A stretch of 64,000 nt of DNA from Octopus vulgaris (Eukaryota). A program made the translations under genes and the position numbers. The stretch lies in NCBI GenBank assembly GCA_951406725.2, contig OX597826.1, positions 83,266,001 to 83,330,000 of the forward strand, given 5' to 3'. Of the stretch, positions 47,699-61,172 are shown piece after piece. Numbering within the stretch: position 1 is the first letter of the stretch; each line of letters starts with the position of its first letter. The notes under the pieces were generated by a model. It was not told the DNA's origin. It saw only the letters and a list, made by a program, of their open reading frames with translations, and made no database searches.

Positions 47699-48086
47699 AT
47701 AATAATAATGATTATAGGAACGACTAGCGCTGGTACTTAAAGTAGCTTCAGAATCATTTTTAATATCTCACATCAGAAGGCTGCGAGTTAACAGAATTGT
47801 TAGTCCGCCGGACAACATGTTTAACGGTATTTTGTCTGTCTTCATGTTCTGAGTTTAAATTCCGCTGAGGTCGACTTTGCTTTTCATCCTCTTGAGGCTC
47901 TGGGGTCGATGTAATCGATTTACCTCCCGCTCCGAAATTAGTATTGTCATACCTGTAGGTGAAGTCAGTGGGAATTCCATAACAGAGACACTTTTTGTAA
48001 CCGGACCAAAAACTCAAGCATTATTACATCGGAACACATGTCTTTTACCTGCAAACAAATTTGTATGATTTAAGTGAGATTTAGCT

Positions 48087-48167
<81 letters not shown>

Positions 48168-49900
48168 CTCTCTCTCTCTCTCTCTCTCTCAGGTGAGCTG
48201 GCCAGGTAGAAACTTTTGTTGGTTCGTTATGCAAAGTGTTTAGAGGCATAGGAAGTAAAACAGTTGTAGCTGTATTAGCAGAAGTCTGTGGAGGAGTCGT
48301 GACTCAACAGCAGTTTACTATTTGCTCTAGAATCGCATTTATAATCATTAGTAATACAAGTTTGTTTGCTTTTTGTCATGTTTGTTTTTCTTTTACTTTT
48401 TTTTTCGGCTGGCTGACTATACTAGATTGCGAGTTGATAACTTATAGTAATAAATCTCAGTGTACAGCAGACATAACTGACACAATGGGTCTGTTGTAAC
48501 TTCCACCTCTCACAGTTCAACGAAACTCGAGTAACTTGAGCTGAGTGTTTTGTCATTCCAAACGCCGTAGCGGGTCAATGTATTCAAAGTCAGATTTCAA
48601 AAACGCGTTCCTTTTTCGTATGTTGTTAGACACAGAAACAACAGAATTATGTAATATCTATAGAAACAATCATTAACGTTGTATAACTAGAAGCTGTTCG
48701 CTGAATTGACAGCTACAGACGAATTCGATTGCCGGTTTCGATTCCTACTCGGAACAGTTTGACAATCATCAGAAAGAAACATGATAAAGGTCGACGCAAT
48801 TTCTTTCCAAACCTCCTAGTCTGTGGCTACATTAGAAACCATTATTTATTATTTCACAACAGATTTTCCCTTTCAAATTTCACAAAATTTACGACACGTT
48901 CATAAAATATTAGAGATTTTGAACCGGATACTGAAAGCAACAAAAGAGTTCGTATATTTTGTTGTGTTCCTCCAGTTTACAACTTTGAGCTTCGTATCCG
49001 TCTCATCTCACGGCACCTATTTGCAACCGGATGACATTAGAAAAAAAGCAAGATATGGTTTGGCATCGGATTCTTGCAACGCTGCTAAAGAAATACGAAC
49101 TACAGGCTTTTTGTTTGATGGTGCATACTGTGAAAGATTCACTCGACAAATACTTACTGAATAGATCGACTACAAATACTGTTCATACATACACACATAC
49201 ATGCATGCATGCATACATACATACATACATACATACATACATACATACATACATACATACATACATACATACATACGTACGTACGTACATGCATACATGC
49301 AAACGTATGTACATGCATACATACAAACGTACGTACATGCATACATACCGAGTATGACTTTTCCAACCACCAACACTGAAAGAGTACATATACATGGACA
49401 CTAAACTAGTTAAAACTAACAACATACAACCACACAAGTAATACACGAAAAGATAATTAATGTCGAATAACTTTGAAGAAATTTGCAAAATAAAAATATA
49501 AAAGGCCAAAAAGATAGAGTAATGAGTCTAAGGTGGACTTTTAACAACGATGTTAGAAAGGTCGATGCAGAATTTCAGTCTTGGTCAACTTACTTTACAA
49601 AGACTCTCCCTGATAATGCTAAATGCTCCAAAGACAAACCGAAGCTAAATCTATGGCTCAGCAATTCTAATGGCTGTTACATTGGCGTCTCCTTCTCACA
49701 ATCTTCCTCCGCCTTTTCAAGGATTTCGTATTTCATATTGCAGAATGTCCAACAATCACCGTCCTCTCCAAAAGTAAGCTCGACGGAGTTGGCAGTTTAG
49801 GTGCCGTCGACCCGACCTGTGCAACAGGTTGTTGTGGGTTGCATGTTACTTGTAGCGCTCGAGAGCAGCCTGGCATAATACATACATACATGAAGCGCAT

Positions 49901-49966
<66 letters not shown>

Positions 49967-50173
49967 GTGTGTGTGTGCGTGTGTTTGTGTCAGTTAGGTG
50001 GTTGTTTTATAGGTCGACAAATCATTCAGTTCCTGTACATCTCAACCAGGCTGACAGTAAGTGATGTAGTTATATCTTAATATTCGTGGCAATTGTGCAT
50101 GTGTATGTGTCCGTGTGTGTGTATGTGTCCGTGTGAGTGTGTGTATGTGCGTGTGTGTGTGACAGAGAGAGAG

Positions 50174-50210
<37 letters not shown>

Positions 50211-51329
50211 CTTGGATGCAATCGGTTCATATCAGGGTGACTGTCTGGAGATTGATGTAGTAAAAAACAGAAATTTGAGTTTGATTATCGAAGAATGAAT
50301 GTGGGGAACCTGAAGAGATAAGCTATGGGTCGATGAGAAGAAGCAATTAAATAAGATATTTCTCGTCAGCCGAGAATTTGGCGGTGAGAAACATCAGGGA
50401 GAATCTTAGGAGAATCATATTTGTGCCAGACTCACTCGAAGGATTCGATTCCGAGACATCGTGGAAATATAACGAGAGGAAACACTGTCTAGTGTCTTTC
50501 TCCTTTTCTTACACGGTAGAGTGTGATTGGAAAGGGATTTGGCTGCTCTGCCGAGAATCTGCAAGTCCTAAGAGATGGGAGTTTATGAATGTCTCATCCC
50601 CTATTAGCTATTAGAATCTAGTGTGATAGACCTGTAAATGACAGGGTCAATAAAGGACTGGTTTCGTGGACGGCAGGGTCAATGATGTTTCCGTTTGTAA
50701 TGCCTTGCAACTCCATAGCTTCAACACAAACGTAATCTTGCGAATATCAACAAGTTATACATTCACTAAATCTTTTCACTAAATCTTCACTATATGCATA
50801 TAGTTCATAATATATATAATTTGTTATTGTTGTTGTTGTTGTTCTTGCCTTGATCGATACCGTCGTTGTTATCGTCGTCGTTTATCTCCGAGTCGGTCCT
50901 GATCAAGAACTACGATCAAAGACAGTCAAGTCACGACCTTCCTGTATTTTTTTCCAAACACCATTATCCAGCAAGGATATTTTCTTAAGAGGTTAAGATG
51001 TGATCTGAAAAATATTTGGTTGTTATTAAACGAACGACACTGTATAAACGGCCTTTCCTTGAGTCGTGGGCCTCTAAAATCATTGATGTTGTTGTTGTAA
51101 ACACAATCCACAAGTGTCTCGTCCAGACAGTCAGTAAATAGAAATGCAGAGAGAAAAATGTCGGAATGGTAAGCACATGCTGTAGATGACAATGCGATAA
51201 ACGTATTCTGTTGGTGTTGCGTTAGTTACACAGAAATGGCTAAAGAAGAGGACGGCGATGGCAGCGGATATCGACCAGAACAACGCAGCCTATAAGACAC
51301 TGGAAGGCAGTCGAGAGAAATCGATTTTT

Positions 51330-52544
51330 ACATTATTTGTCTGAAGATAAGATGTAATATGAACGAATGAATAAAAAAAAATGATTAAATGAGTAAATGA
51401 ACGAATGTGATTTAAAGAGATATAAAAATGTTAGTGAGTTGCACAAGGAGAGCGTAAAAGGAAAGAAAAAAGGCAAGCGATTATCGTCTTCAAGACTGGT
51501 GACTGCCTTGTAAAAGTCGTTGAATAATAAATAGCTCAGTAGGCGACGGAGCAATGGAAATAAGCAGAGATTAACAGGAAATTGCGGTACCATAAACATT
51601 GTTGGTCGGTCTCATCGCTCACCTGGTATAATATTACCAGCTGGCCCTTGGGTGCCTTTCGGGGAATCCATTCTATAGCAAGTATCGGGGGTAGGTCTGC
51701 GGGCTGAGGATAGCTCATTCCCTTTTCCCACAAGTCCTTAGGGACGCACTGCCCTCTTCCTCACTCGAGTTCTGAGCGACAATAAATATATCCCTCGTAG
51801 TTGTCGCAGTTGCAAAACCTTGCTTTTCACTGATGAGAACTGATCCTAACGTGGCAATTTCCTTCCAACAACCCTTTTTATTTTTATTGTTGCTGGATGA
51901 GTGGTGGTTGTTGTTGTTGTTGTTGTCGTCGTCTAGCACCAACCCAGTTTCAGTCGAGAAATCTACAATTAAAAGTATCCCATCATAATGCTTTCCAACA
52001 TCGATACTAAAGTAATTTTATACATTGTACAACTCGGATCGATCCCAATCAACTTCTAATCTTAGTAGAAAATATACTGATTTTCGCCATCATTCTTTAA
52101 GACGTAGATGCCTGACTTTCGAGGTATTTGGCTGCTACATCTAGCAAGTCAAATATCCTAGGAGAAATTCGCTCATTGGTCCAAACAGTTTCTGCTTCGG
52201 GTGAAAAAGTTACGATCAGAAGAATGCACTCGTTGCACTTACTCCGACCTCGAACGCTGAATCGCAAATTACCTTAGTTTTCCTACAATTTCACGGACGT
52301 CCCATTTGCAAGTGATGTCTACTGGTGCTGTTCGGGGGACTTTGGACCATTTTACAATCAGCCAGGGAAACGAACCCTGGGACAGAATGAGGGAGGGTTT
52401 CTTTGTTGTGGTCCTTCGTACTCTAAAGACTGGAAATCAGGTTTGATTTGGAATTAGACAACTACAACAACAATGTTACAAAGGAGAAGTGTGTGTGTGC
52501 GCGTGTGTGTGCGCGCGTGTGTGTGCGCGCGTGTGTGTGCGCGC

Positions 52545-52584
<40 letters not shown>

Positions 52585-52874
52585 GTGTGCGTGTGTGTGT
52601 GTGTGTGTGTGTGCCAGAGAGATCGGTCTGTCAGTGTTTAACTGTGCAACTTTTTCTTTTCTTTATATTTTATTTCAAGGATTCATCACATGTGAGAGCA
52701 AAAGAGATGTCTATCTTATTACGTTGGCATTGCAGTCCCTGGCAGCTGCCAGACTAAGGACGGATTTCATGTTCAATTCAGCTGAATCCGATTTAATGCT
52801 TCTGGTTTGCGCAGCTGTTAACCTTTTTATAATCCTACAAACCAACACTCACCGCCATTGCTCTACAATCTGAT

Positions 52875-52919
<45 letters not shown>

Positions 52920-52989
52920 TTCCTCTCTCCTGTTCTCTCTCTCTCCCTCTTCCTCTCTTCTGCTCTCTCCCCTCTCTCCCACTCCCTCC

Positions 52990-53051
<62 letters not shown>

Positions 53052-56000
53052 AACCTCTAATTCTCTGTAATTTAGTTTTTACTAGTTCATCGCTAAGTCA
53101 TGGGCGGAACGGACGCGCCTATTACGCTCTTCAATACAATTGAGACTGGTGGGACAAAATGAATGCTAATTTCAAACCATAGATATGGTCTTTATGCTTC
53201 TCCAGCCCTCATCCGCTCATCTAATGAGACCAAAGACTTGTTGGTGCTGTTCAATGTAATGATAGATGATATCTGCCACTCAAATTCACTCTCTCCAAAC
53301 TTCTCTGCTCGCCACTTCATTAGTTGCAACAACTCGCTTCTGAACACTTTTATCTTTTGCCTTTTCCACAGAACTGCTGCCTTCCTCAACAATTCCTCAC
53401 CGCTCTACGCTCTCCATCTAGTCACCACTTACTTGCCACAATATTCAACACTAGTCATATAATCCACACCAAGTCATCCATATCACACCGACATCAAGAG
53501 ATTATGATCTTCATCATATCGAGTTTCAATAAGTACGATAAACATATTGTTATTGTAGTTGCTACTGTGGTTGTTGCTGCTGCTGCTATTGTTGTTGTTG
53601 TTGTTGTGGTGGTGGTGGTGGTGGTTATTGCTACCGTTGTTGTTGTTGTTGTTCACCTCCATATCGAGCAATCACCAATCTTAGACCCAAGCGTGAAATG
53701 ATGATCACTGATTTACATTGATTTCGTGCAGCTCAAAAATGCATTCGTATCGGAAGCATCCATGTCGTTGCCCCATTACAACAAATAACCGACGCAGCTG
53801 ACCCCTCATCGGAATGAAAATCACGGCAGCCTTTATAGGAACCGGCAAAAGATAATTGTAACATTAAATGGGGTGAGATGAATTGAGAGAGGATCGACGC
53901 TCAATAGTGAAGGCCTTTTGGGGTCACAACAAACTCCTGCTCGGTTTCTTTGGTTTAACCAGGAAGGTGTGTACATATGCAAATAGAGTGAAATCAGGTG
54001 GGCGGCAGATCAGAGAGGCGAACCTGTTTCAATGGGATATCGTGAGAGTCTGTCTTTTTCCCAGTATGTCATGTATCCCCACAAACCATGCGCCAAAAGC
54101 CACCTGGTTTTGCCCTTTCCGATAATATTCATTCGGGTGGTGGGGTCGTGGAGAGAGGGAAGGGATCAATCGATGGGGTTGGTGCTGCATACATCAAATG
54201 GATTTCGAATGTAAATTGAGGGATGTGAAAGATATCGTTCGAAACAACAATATTTATGCAGCTCTGTAAATAACACAGATGCGTTTCTTCATTTTATATG
54301 TTTTTCCTTCATTTATTCTTTTAATCATTCATTCGTAATAGATTATATTTTCTGACAAGCAGATCAGAGAATGCAAGAATCGATTTTTGCTGCCGACATT
54401 CTTCTGTCTCGTACGGTAGATTGCTCAGATCGATATTCAGCGTCGCCATTACCGGTGTCTAGTAACGAACTCAACGTCATCTGGTTGAGCTTATCTCGTT
54501 GACAGCTTACATACGCTGACACTCTGCGCGTGTTTCAGTCGTGTACCTCCGCAGTCGTCGTCCACTTAAACTGTCTTGGAAGGACATAGAAACATCCACT
54601 GCAATGCTTCTGTCTGGTTTACATTAACAATAACAGACTCGTGATTCTGCCTGGACGTCTGACTGAAAGACCAGCCAAATGTCACTCAAGCTGTCTCAAA
54701 CCATCGTTGAAAGTATATTGGATAAAATAGCCTAGAATATATTATTATTCTTGAAAAATAAACGACAAGATAATCTTGGGTCAAATACATTTGAGTATAG
54801 TCATAGGACTTATTCGACCTAAAAAGACCTGGGTTAAACAGCATTTACATCTTAAACGTTTATAAAGTACGAGACAGAAGAACCCAAACTACAGAGATCA
54901 CATTTTACATTCTGATACGTGTCTGTCCAAAACTATTGCAAGAATGAGAGAAAAAAAGAGTTTAATGAGTAAATGAATGAAACTATAGGTAAACGAGGGA
55001 ATGAGTGAATGCTGTTTAAGGAGAATGTTGGAAAATGTGACGGGGAAAAATGTAAGAGAAAAGGAAAATGGAAAGTAGTCCTGAGGCTGGTTTTAAGACT
55101 GGCCGCTTTAGTAACAGCTGCGGAATAATAAATAGCTCGGTGAGAGACTTTTTAATAGAAGGACAACAGATGGATATAAATCAGAAGCAGAATGATTATA
55201 GCTTTCTTAGAAGATAAAAGGTCACTCGCAACTTATGGGCCTCTCATGAAGTTTACTCTGTTACAAACATTGGGGCCGGTTTCGATTTTAAGATTACTTT
55301 CTTCCTTCCAGCCAATATAAGAGGCTCAGTAAACCATCTCGGGTGCACCACCGTTTCTCCTAACACTAAACTATAAAATATGTAAAATATATATGAATAA
55401 TATCCATTACGCAACACTTCAGGTTGTGATCAACGATAATCCTTTCCAAGTGGGATCACTGTTACAGACGTTACTCCTGAATGATAGGGCCCAGTTCAAA
55501 AGCGGCAGCTTCCTTGTAGGATGGTAGTGGGATGATAGTGTTACTACTGTTGTTATTGTTTGACTACAACTCGACCCTAAAAGAGCACAGACTTATGATC
55601 AAAGCTGTTCAAGTCGTGGTCATCCTATTTACATTTCTTAATGACAAAACAGAAAAGTTCATATCGACATTTTGAGTGAGACTTGGGCTCCTCGGTCAAC
55701 AAGATGAGCTAAGAAGATATATTTTCATTCAGGATTTCATCAAAGATATAACGTATTAAGAACAACGTTATCCCAAATGCATAAGTTCCCTTTTTTTAAA
55801 GAAGGGCTATAAATTGAGGAAGATTCGGCTGCTAATTTTTGCAGGTCAGGTGACCACCTTGAGACATTCTCTTAGACTCGTTCCTTCACAGTTTTCTGCA
55901 TGTCAATGTTTTCAATACAGAACTATTTGAGCTGCCCTTAATCGAAGTATCGATTTGTTTATCACCAACTGGACGAGTTACGTGTTATTTTACGACACTT

Positions 56001-57190
56001 TCATTGATTGCCCATTCCCTTCTCTACATGGTATTTTTGGAACTGAGATCATTGTACAGATTGTGGAAATGTCTTCAATCAGTGAAATCAAAGGTAGAAG
56101 CCAACAAGAGAAAATATAAGTGGTCACTCGATCTGCAAGCAATAACAGCTAAAGCTCGCTAAAAATCACATGCTACCAACTTACGAAATATATTCAGCAA
56201 CTCAGTTAGTCCGATATATACAAAGAGGTAAGGGTGGATACGAGCTCAAATGGAACGCTTTTCTTCGGAGATCTGCTGGAACATGGATGCCTTAGAATTA
56301 AACAGCGACGACAACAACATTACGAAGAAGAAATACAGAGGCTCGGGTAGCCTGTCTATTAGAGTTTAGCGAAACAATTGTTGTTAAGGATTAGGCAGAG
56401 TTAGCACATGTGATAGCTAAAACGATGTCTAGTTTATTGTTTCGCTCTGCAGCTGGAATAAGGCCGGATTTCGTGTTCCGATTTAAGATACTACCGGGCT
56501 GAGCAGCTGTTAACCTTTTATAAAGCCCTTTTATAAATCCTGCAAGCCAACACTCGTTGCCATTGCTCTACAATCCGGTTGCACCCCCCTCTCCTCTCTC
56601 TCTCTCTTTCAGTCTCTCTCTCTCTCTCTAATTTCTAATCCTCCGTAATTTAGTTTTTACTTGTTCATCACTAAGTCATGGGAGGAAAGAACGCGCCTAT
56701 TACGCTCTTCAGTGTTTCTGAGAATGATGCGACGAAAGAGATGTTCATTTCAAAGCAAAGATCTGCTCTTAATGCTTCTGTCACAGAATATTTAACACTA
56801 ATCGTATAATCCACACTAAGTCATCCATATCACACCGACATCAAGAAATTATAATCTTCATCATATCGAGTTTCAATAAGCACGATATATTATACAGGGT
56901 AAATAAACATGTTGTTGATGTTATTGTAGTTGAGAGCAAAGACTTGTTGGTTGTGTTCAATGTAATGATAGATGAGGTCTGTCTCTTAAATTCACTCTGT
57001 AAACTGGTTAACTCTCTCCAAACTTCTCTCTACACATCACCTCATTAGTTTTCAACAACAACTTCTCCATTCGGTCATCAGCCACTTGCGTCAATAATCA
57101 ACATTAGCGATATTGTCCACACCAAGTCATCCATATCACACAAACATCAAAAATCATTATAATCATCATATCTAATTTCAATATGCGCGG
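51330..57190. repeat. Diverged tandem segmental duplication (unit A ~51.3-53.5 kb, unit B ~54.9-57.2 kb)
   Basis: Colinear shared blocks: AATGAGTAAATGAA, GAATAATAAATAGCTC, CAGCTGTTAACCTTTT..GCCATTGCTCTACAATC, GTAATTTAGTTTTTACT..CGCGCCTATTACGCTCTTCA, CAAAGACTTGTTGGT, AAGTCATCCATATCACACCGACATCAAG. Confidence 0.9.
52711..52831 (-). promoter_or_regulatory. Candidate TATA promoter plus first exon or mini-ORF (MKSVLSLAAARDCNAN...)
   Basis: Minus strand: TATAAAAAGG (52831-52822), CAGCTG, GCATT near 52797, then AAC ATG at 52770. Paralogous block at 56440-56535 has ACG instead of ATG. Confidence 0.4.
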
Positions 57191-57200
57191 TATAGAACAG

Positions 57201-57289
<89 letters not shown>

Positions 57290-57291
<2 letters not shown>

Positions 57292-57470
57292 GGAATTTAC
57301 AGAAAAACAAATGACGAAGACAGGTGTCTAAACAACAAACAAGTGTATTAGTTTAACGCTCGGGAAGATGGGAAAGACTTTTATGTTTCGAGCCTACACT
57401 CTTCAACAGAAAGGAATACGAGGAAATAAACAGGAAAAGAATAAAAAAAGCTTTAGGGGCTAGCGATGTA
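57290..57470 (-). mobile_element. Penelope-like terminal fragment with hammerhead-like motif, abutting (TA)n
   Basis: Reverse complement of 57378-57413: CTTT CTGTTGA A GAGT GTAG GCTC GAA ACAT A AAAG. A related terminus lies at 41077-41146, also abutting (TA)n. Confidence 0.6.
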
Positions 57471-58940
57471 TGTATGTGCGCTAATGTTGTTTAACCTGTG
57501 TCAGCGGCACCTGTGATTGTGCTGGATCTATGAACTAAAAAGCATAGTATAGTTGATGCTATTGTAGTCGGTGGTGGTGGTGGTGGTGGTGGTGGTGGTG
57601 GTTGGGATGTGGGGTAACCTCAGATTACATCTGACTGAGGAGTGTCGTGATCAGGGGTGTTTGGGGCTGTGACCATAGAGTCTTGCTTTTAGTGACAACA
57701 TATCACGAACTAAATTACCAAATATTTTGTGTGTATGTGTATGTGTGTGTGTGTTTTAAGTGACAGGATATGATTTGAGTTAGTTTCAGAGCTATGTCTA
57801 GCACGTCAAGCTATCTGGAAGGTCCATATGCTCTCGGCGTGTACCGCTAAAGTGCCTTCAGGGTGAAGAGTGACACTGGCATTATTTGAGCTGTTTCCTC
57901 TGTTTTACGGGTCATAACTGTTCACAAACGCAATATTCTGTTGGGAACCTCAAATCAGCCAAGTCAGGCGAGAATTGAAATCCCTGCAATTTCCATTTTC
58001 CTTCGATATGTATTGATTTCTTCAATACAAGTAAAAAGAAAACCAATATAAACAAATCGATCAGAATAGTTTGAGTGTCTGTACTATGCAGTTTTCAGTT
58101 ACATTCTTTGAGTTCAAGTCCTACTGAAGTAAATTTTGCCTTTTATTCTCCCAGGAACCATAAAATGGAGAATTAATAGAGAACAAAAGTCGTTTTATAT
58201 TCCTATAAAACAATTTACATGTGAACCAAATTATGAAAGAATATTTTATATAAAGACTTTAAAGGATCATCTGCTATCATCTTAAAAATCGAAGATTTTT
58301 GTTTAATGTAAGCACGGATTTAGAATACCGCAGGATGATCGCAACTGGAATTCTTTTGGTCTAAGTCTGCTCAATCAGGACTAACCTGAACTTACAGAAC
58401 AACATCAATATTCTTATGGAACACTAACTGCAAGAACTAATCGAGTGCCAGTACTGAAAATAATCTTGTGGCACTTACTTACGGTCGTTTGAGTTCAGAG
58501 CTCAAAATTACGACCAAGTTTGTCTTATATTCTTCATCTTTCCAGGGTTCGACAGAATAATTACCAATCAGGTAGATATTGGTTTCGATTAATTTGATTT
58601 AATACATCCCATCGATTTGTGGCCTTCTGCCATACTTAGAAACTGTGATATGGTTTCTGTACTCGGTCGAAATCATGGCAGACTACTTCACATCACTAAA
58701 ACCGGTGAGAAAAACTTCACGACTTCTTATTTTCGTTTCCATCATCCACTCACCTAACAGAAAATTCTTCTACCAAGTACTACAGAAGCTAATCACCCTT
58801 TTATCCCCAATGCCAGTCGGCAACTTGGCAGAATCTTTTAACGCGTTGGATAGACTTTCTTGCAGAATTTGTCTTCTCTCTCTCTCACACTCTCTCTCTC
58901 TCTCTCTCTCTCAATCTCTCTCTCTATCTATCTATCTCCT

Positions 58941-58971
<31 letters not shown>

Positions 58972-59899
58972 CCCCAATCGGCTACGCAAAGGGGCCAAAA
59001 GAATAGAACATTCAGCCCTTCCAATCTTTCCCCTACCATTCTGAGGACACAGCAAGCTAGAAGGACCTTCTGCTTCTGACTTCTAAGTACGTGTCCTTCA
59101 TGTCAGGAAGCAATATTTCAATGAAGTAAAATCAAAAACTAATTGACTTATTAAAGCATTCCAACGTCCATAAAATGTCAACGAGTACAAAGAAGTCGAC
59201 TTTTATGAAAGCCAAACGAAACACAACAAAGCTACGTGGAAGGGTTTGTAACATTTTATTTATAAAACCATTCTATTCATTCATTCGTCTTCCATATTTT
59301 AAATCGAATCTGCGTAGATTATACTAACAGCGAATCGATGACTCTCCATGTATATATTATTTAATAAACCCAATGTATGGTTTTATGTGCTACTATTAGC
59401 TTCGTGCGGCGAACGCATCTCAATTTTTTTTTAACATGCCTGGTGCCTTAGAGCAATCTTGAGGCACTGCTCACATGGCATCACAAGCTAAAAATAAGAT
59501 AAGAAGAGAGTAAAAACGAGAAAAGATGTCACACTACATGTGATAAAGTGGAAAATAGCCGAAAATTCCAGACTATATGTCAACGGATCACAAAAATATA
59601 AGCTAAGCGTAGCTGGAAGAACTCTACCACACTACTGAATTCTAGTTCCTGTTGACGAATTAGAAAGTACCACCTTCTCCGAATTGAGCAGCTGTACTGC
59701 AGACTCTAGGTCACTATCCTTTTATCCTTATGATTTACGGTCAAAGGGGACATAATTCTAATTCCTCTCTCTTGCTTCTTTCCGTCTTCTTTTTCGTTTT
59801 GTAGTTTTTCAACCTTCTGCCTTTTGTATCTACTTCTTTCTCGCCTTTTCTCGTTTATTTCACTCATCTGATCGTCCTATTTTTAGCTCGTTATGTTGC

Positions 59900-60059
59900 A
59901 GTGTCTGAAGATTACTCTGAGGAACCAGACAGAAAAATACTGCCTGAGATGCTTTCGTCCCATGAAACTAATAGTAGCACATATTGTGTTTATTAAGTAA
60001 TATTTATCTCTCATCAGATGGAGTATTTTCATGTTGATCTTACCATCACGGAATAGCAC

Positions 60060-60060
<1 letters not shown>
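59900..60060 (+). mobile_element. Probable Penelope-like terminal fragment with deleted hammerhead motif, abutting (TA)n
   Basis: TGC CTGAGA ... GAA ACTA A TAGT A GCA at 59941-59979: stem I TGC/GCA, palindromic stem III and a GUA triplet. Confidence 0.45.
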
Positions 60061-60107
<47 letters not shown>

Positions 60108-60151
60108 TATATATTATATACACGCACATATACGTATAAGTATATATACAT

Positions 60152-60188
<37 letters not shown>

Positions 60189-60232
60189 TATATATTATAT
60201 ACACGCACATATACGTATAAGTATATATACAT

Positions 60233-60280
<48 letters not shown>

Positions 60281-60282
60281 TA

Positions 60283-60327
<45 letters not shown>

Positions 60328-60876
60328 CATATATAATGTAAATAATATATATATATTCATATAGGCATATATGCATACGTATACGTCCATACATTTTTAC
60401 GTATATACATATGTGGGCAGAGGGTGTCACAAAACGTAAAAAACAAAAAATATGAAGTACAAGGACATGAAATAGGAACAAGACAAACAACACAAAGAAC
60501 GACCTTTCATCAGTTATCGGCTGTTTTTCTAATCTGTATTTCGAACAAATATATACACACGAATACGTATATATATATATGCACATACATATATACATAC
60601 GTGTGTGTGTGGAGAGAGAGAGGGGGGGGAGGGAGGGGAGAGAGGGGGAGAGAAAGAAATAAACCTGTCAGGGAAAATAAGTTAATGGGATGTTAGGTGT
60701 AGAAGTACAGTCGTGCAAAGAAATTCACTTGAAAATATTAAAATTCTATGAATAATAATGAGGAAATCATTGGGCGTATCGATGTATTATTGAAATAGAA
60801 ATCATTGAAGTGTGAATACAGTGTATAATGGATAAACAAATGTATTTGTGACTGTCATGAACATACACATATATAC

Positions 60877-60911
<35 letters not shown>

Positions 60912-61100
60912 TGTACATACATACATGCATGCATACATACATACATAGGTAGACAGAGAAAAAGAGAGCAGAGGAAAAGCGCAAGAAAGACCCAAACATG
61001 GGCTCAAAGCTCTACATACAGAAACCAATGGAAACCGACCAATTCATTTTCTTCTGATTATTTTTCTGTCTCGTTATTTTCGCAATAATAATCATTGGAT

Positions 61101-61172
61101 AACTGGAAATACGTAACTGGAAATACGTAACTGGAAATACGTAACTGGAAATACGTAACTGGAAATACGCAA
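61101..61172. repeat. 14-bp minisatellite x5 (AACTGGAAATACGT)
   Basis: Directly visible. Confidence 0.97.

Noticed and set aside
54400-54600. C-type-lectin-like peptide CFYVLPRQFKWTT on the minus strand
   Set aside because: Only a few residues match, a stop follows, and the remaining cysteine/WIGL motifs are absent.
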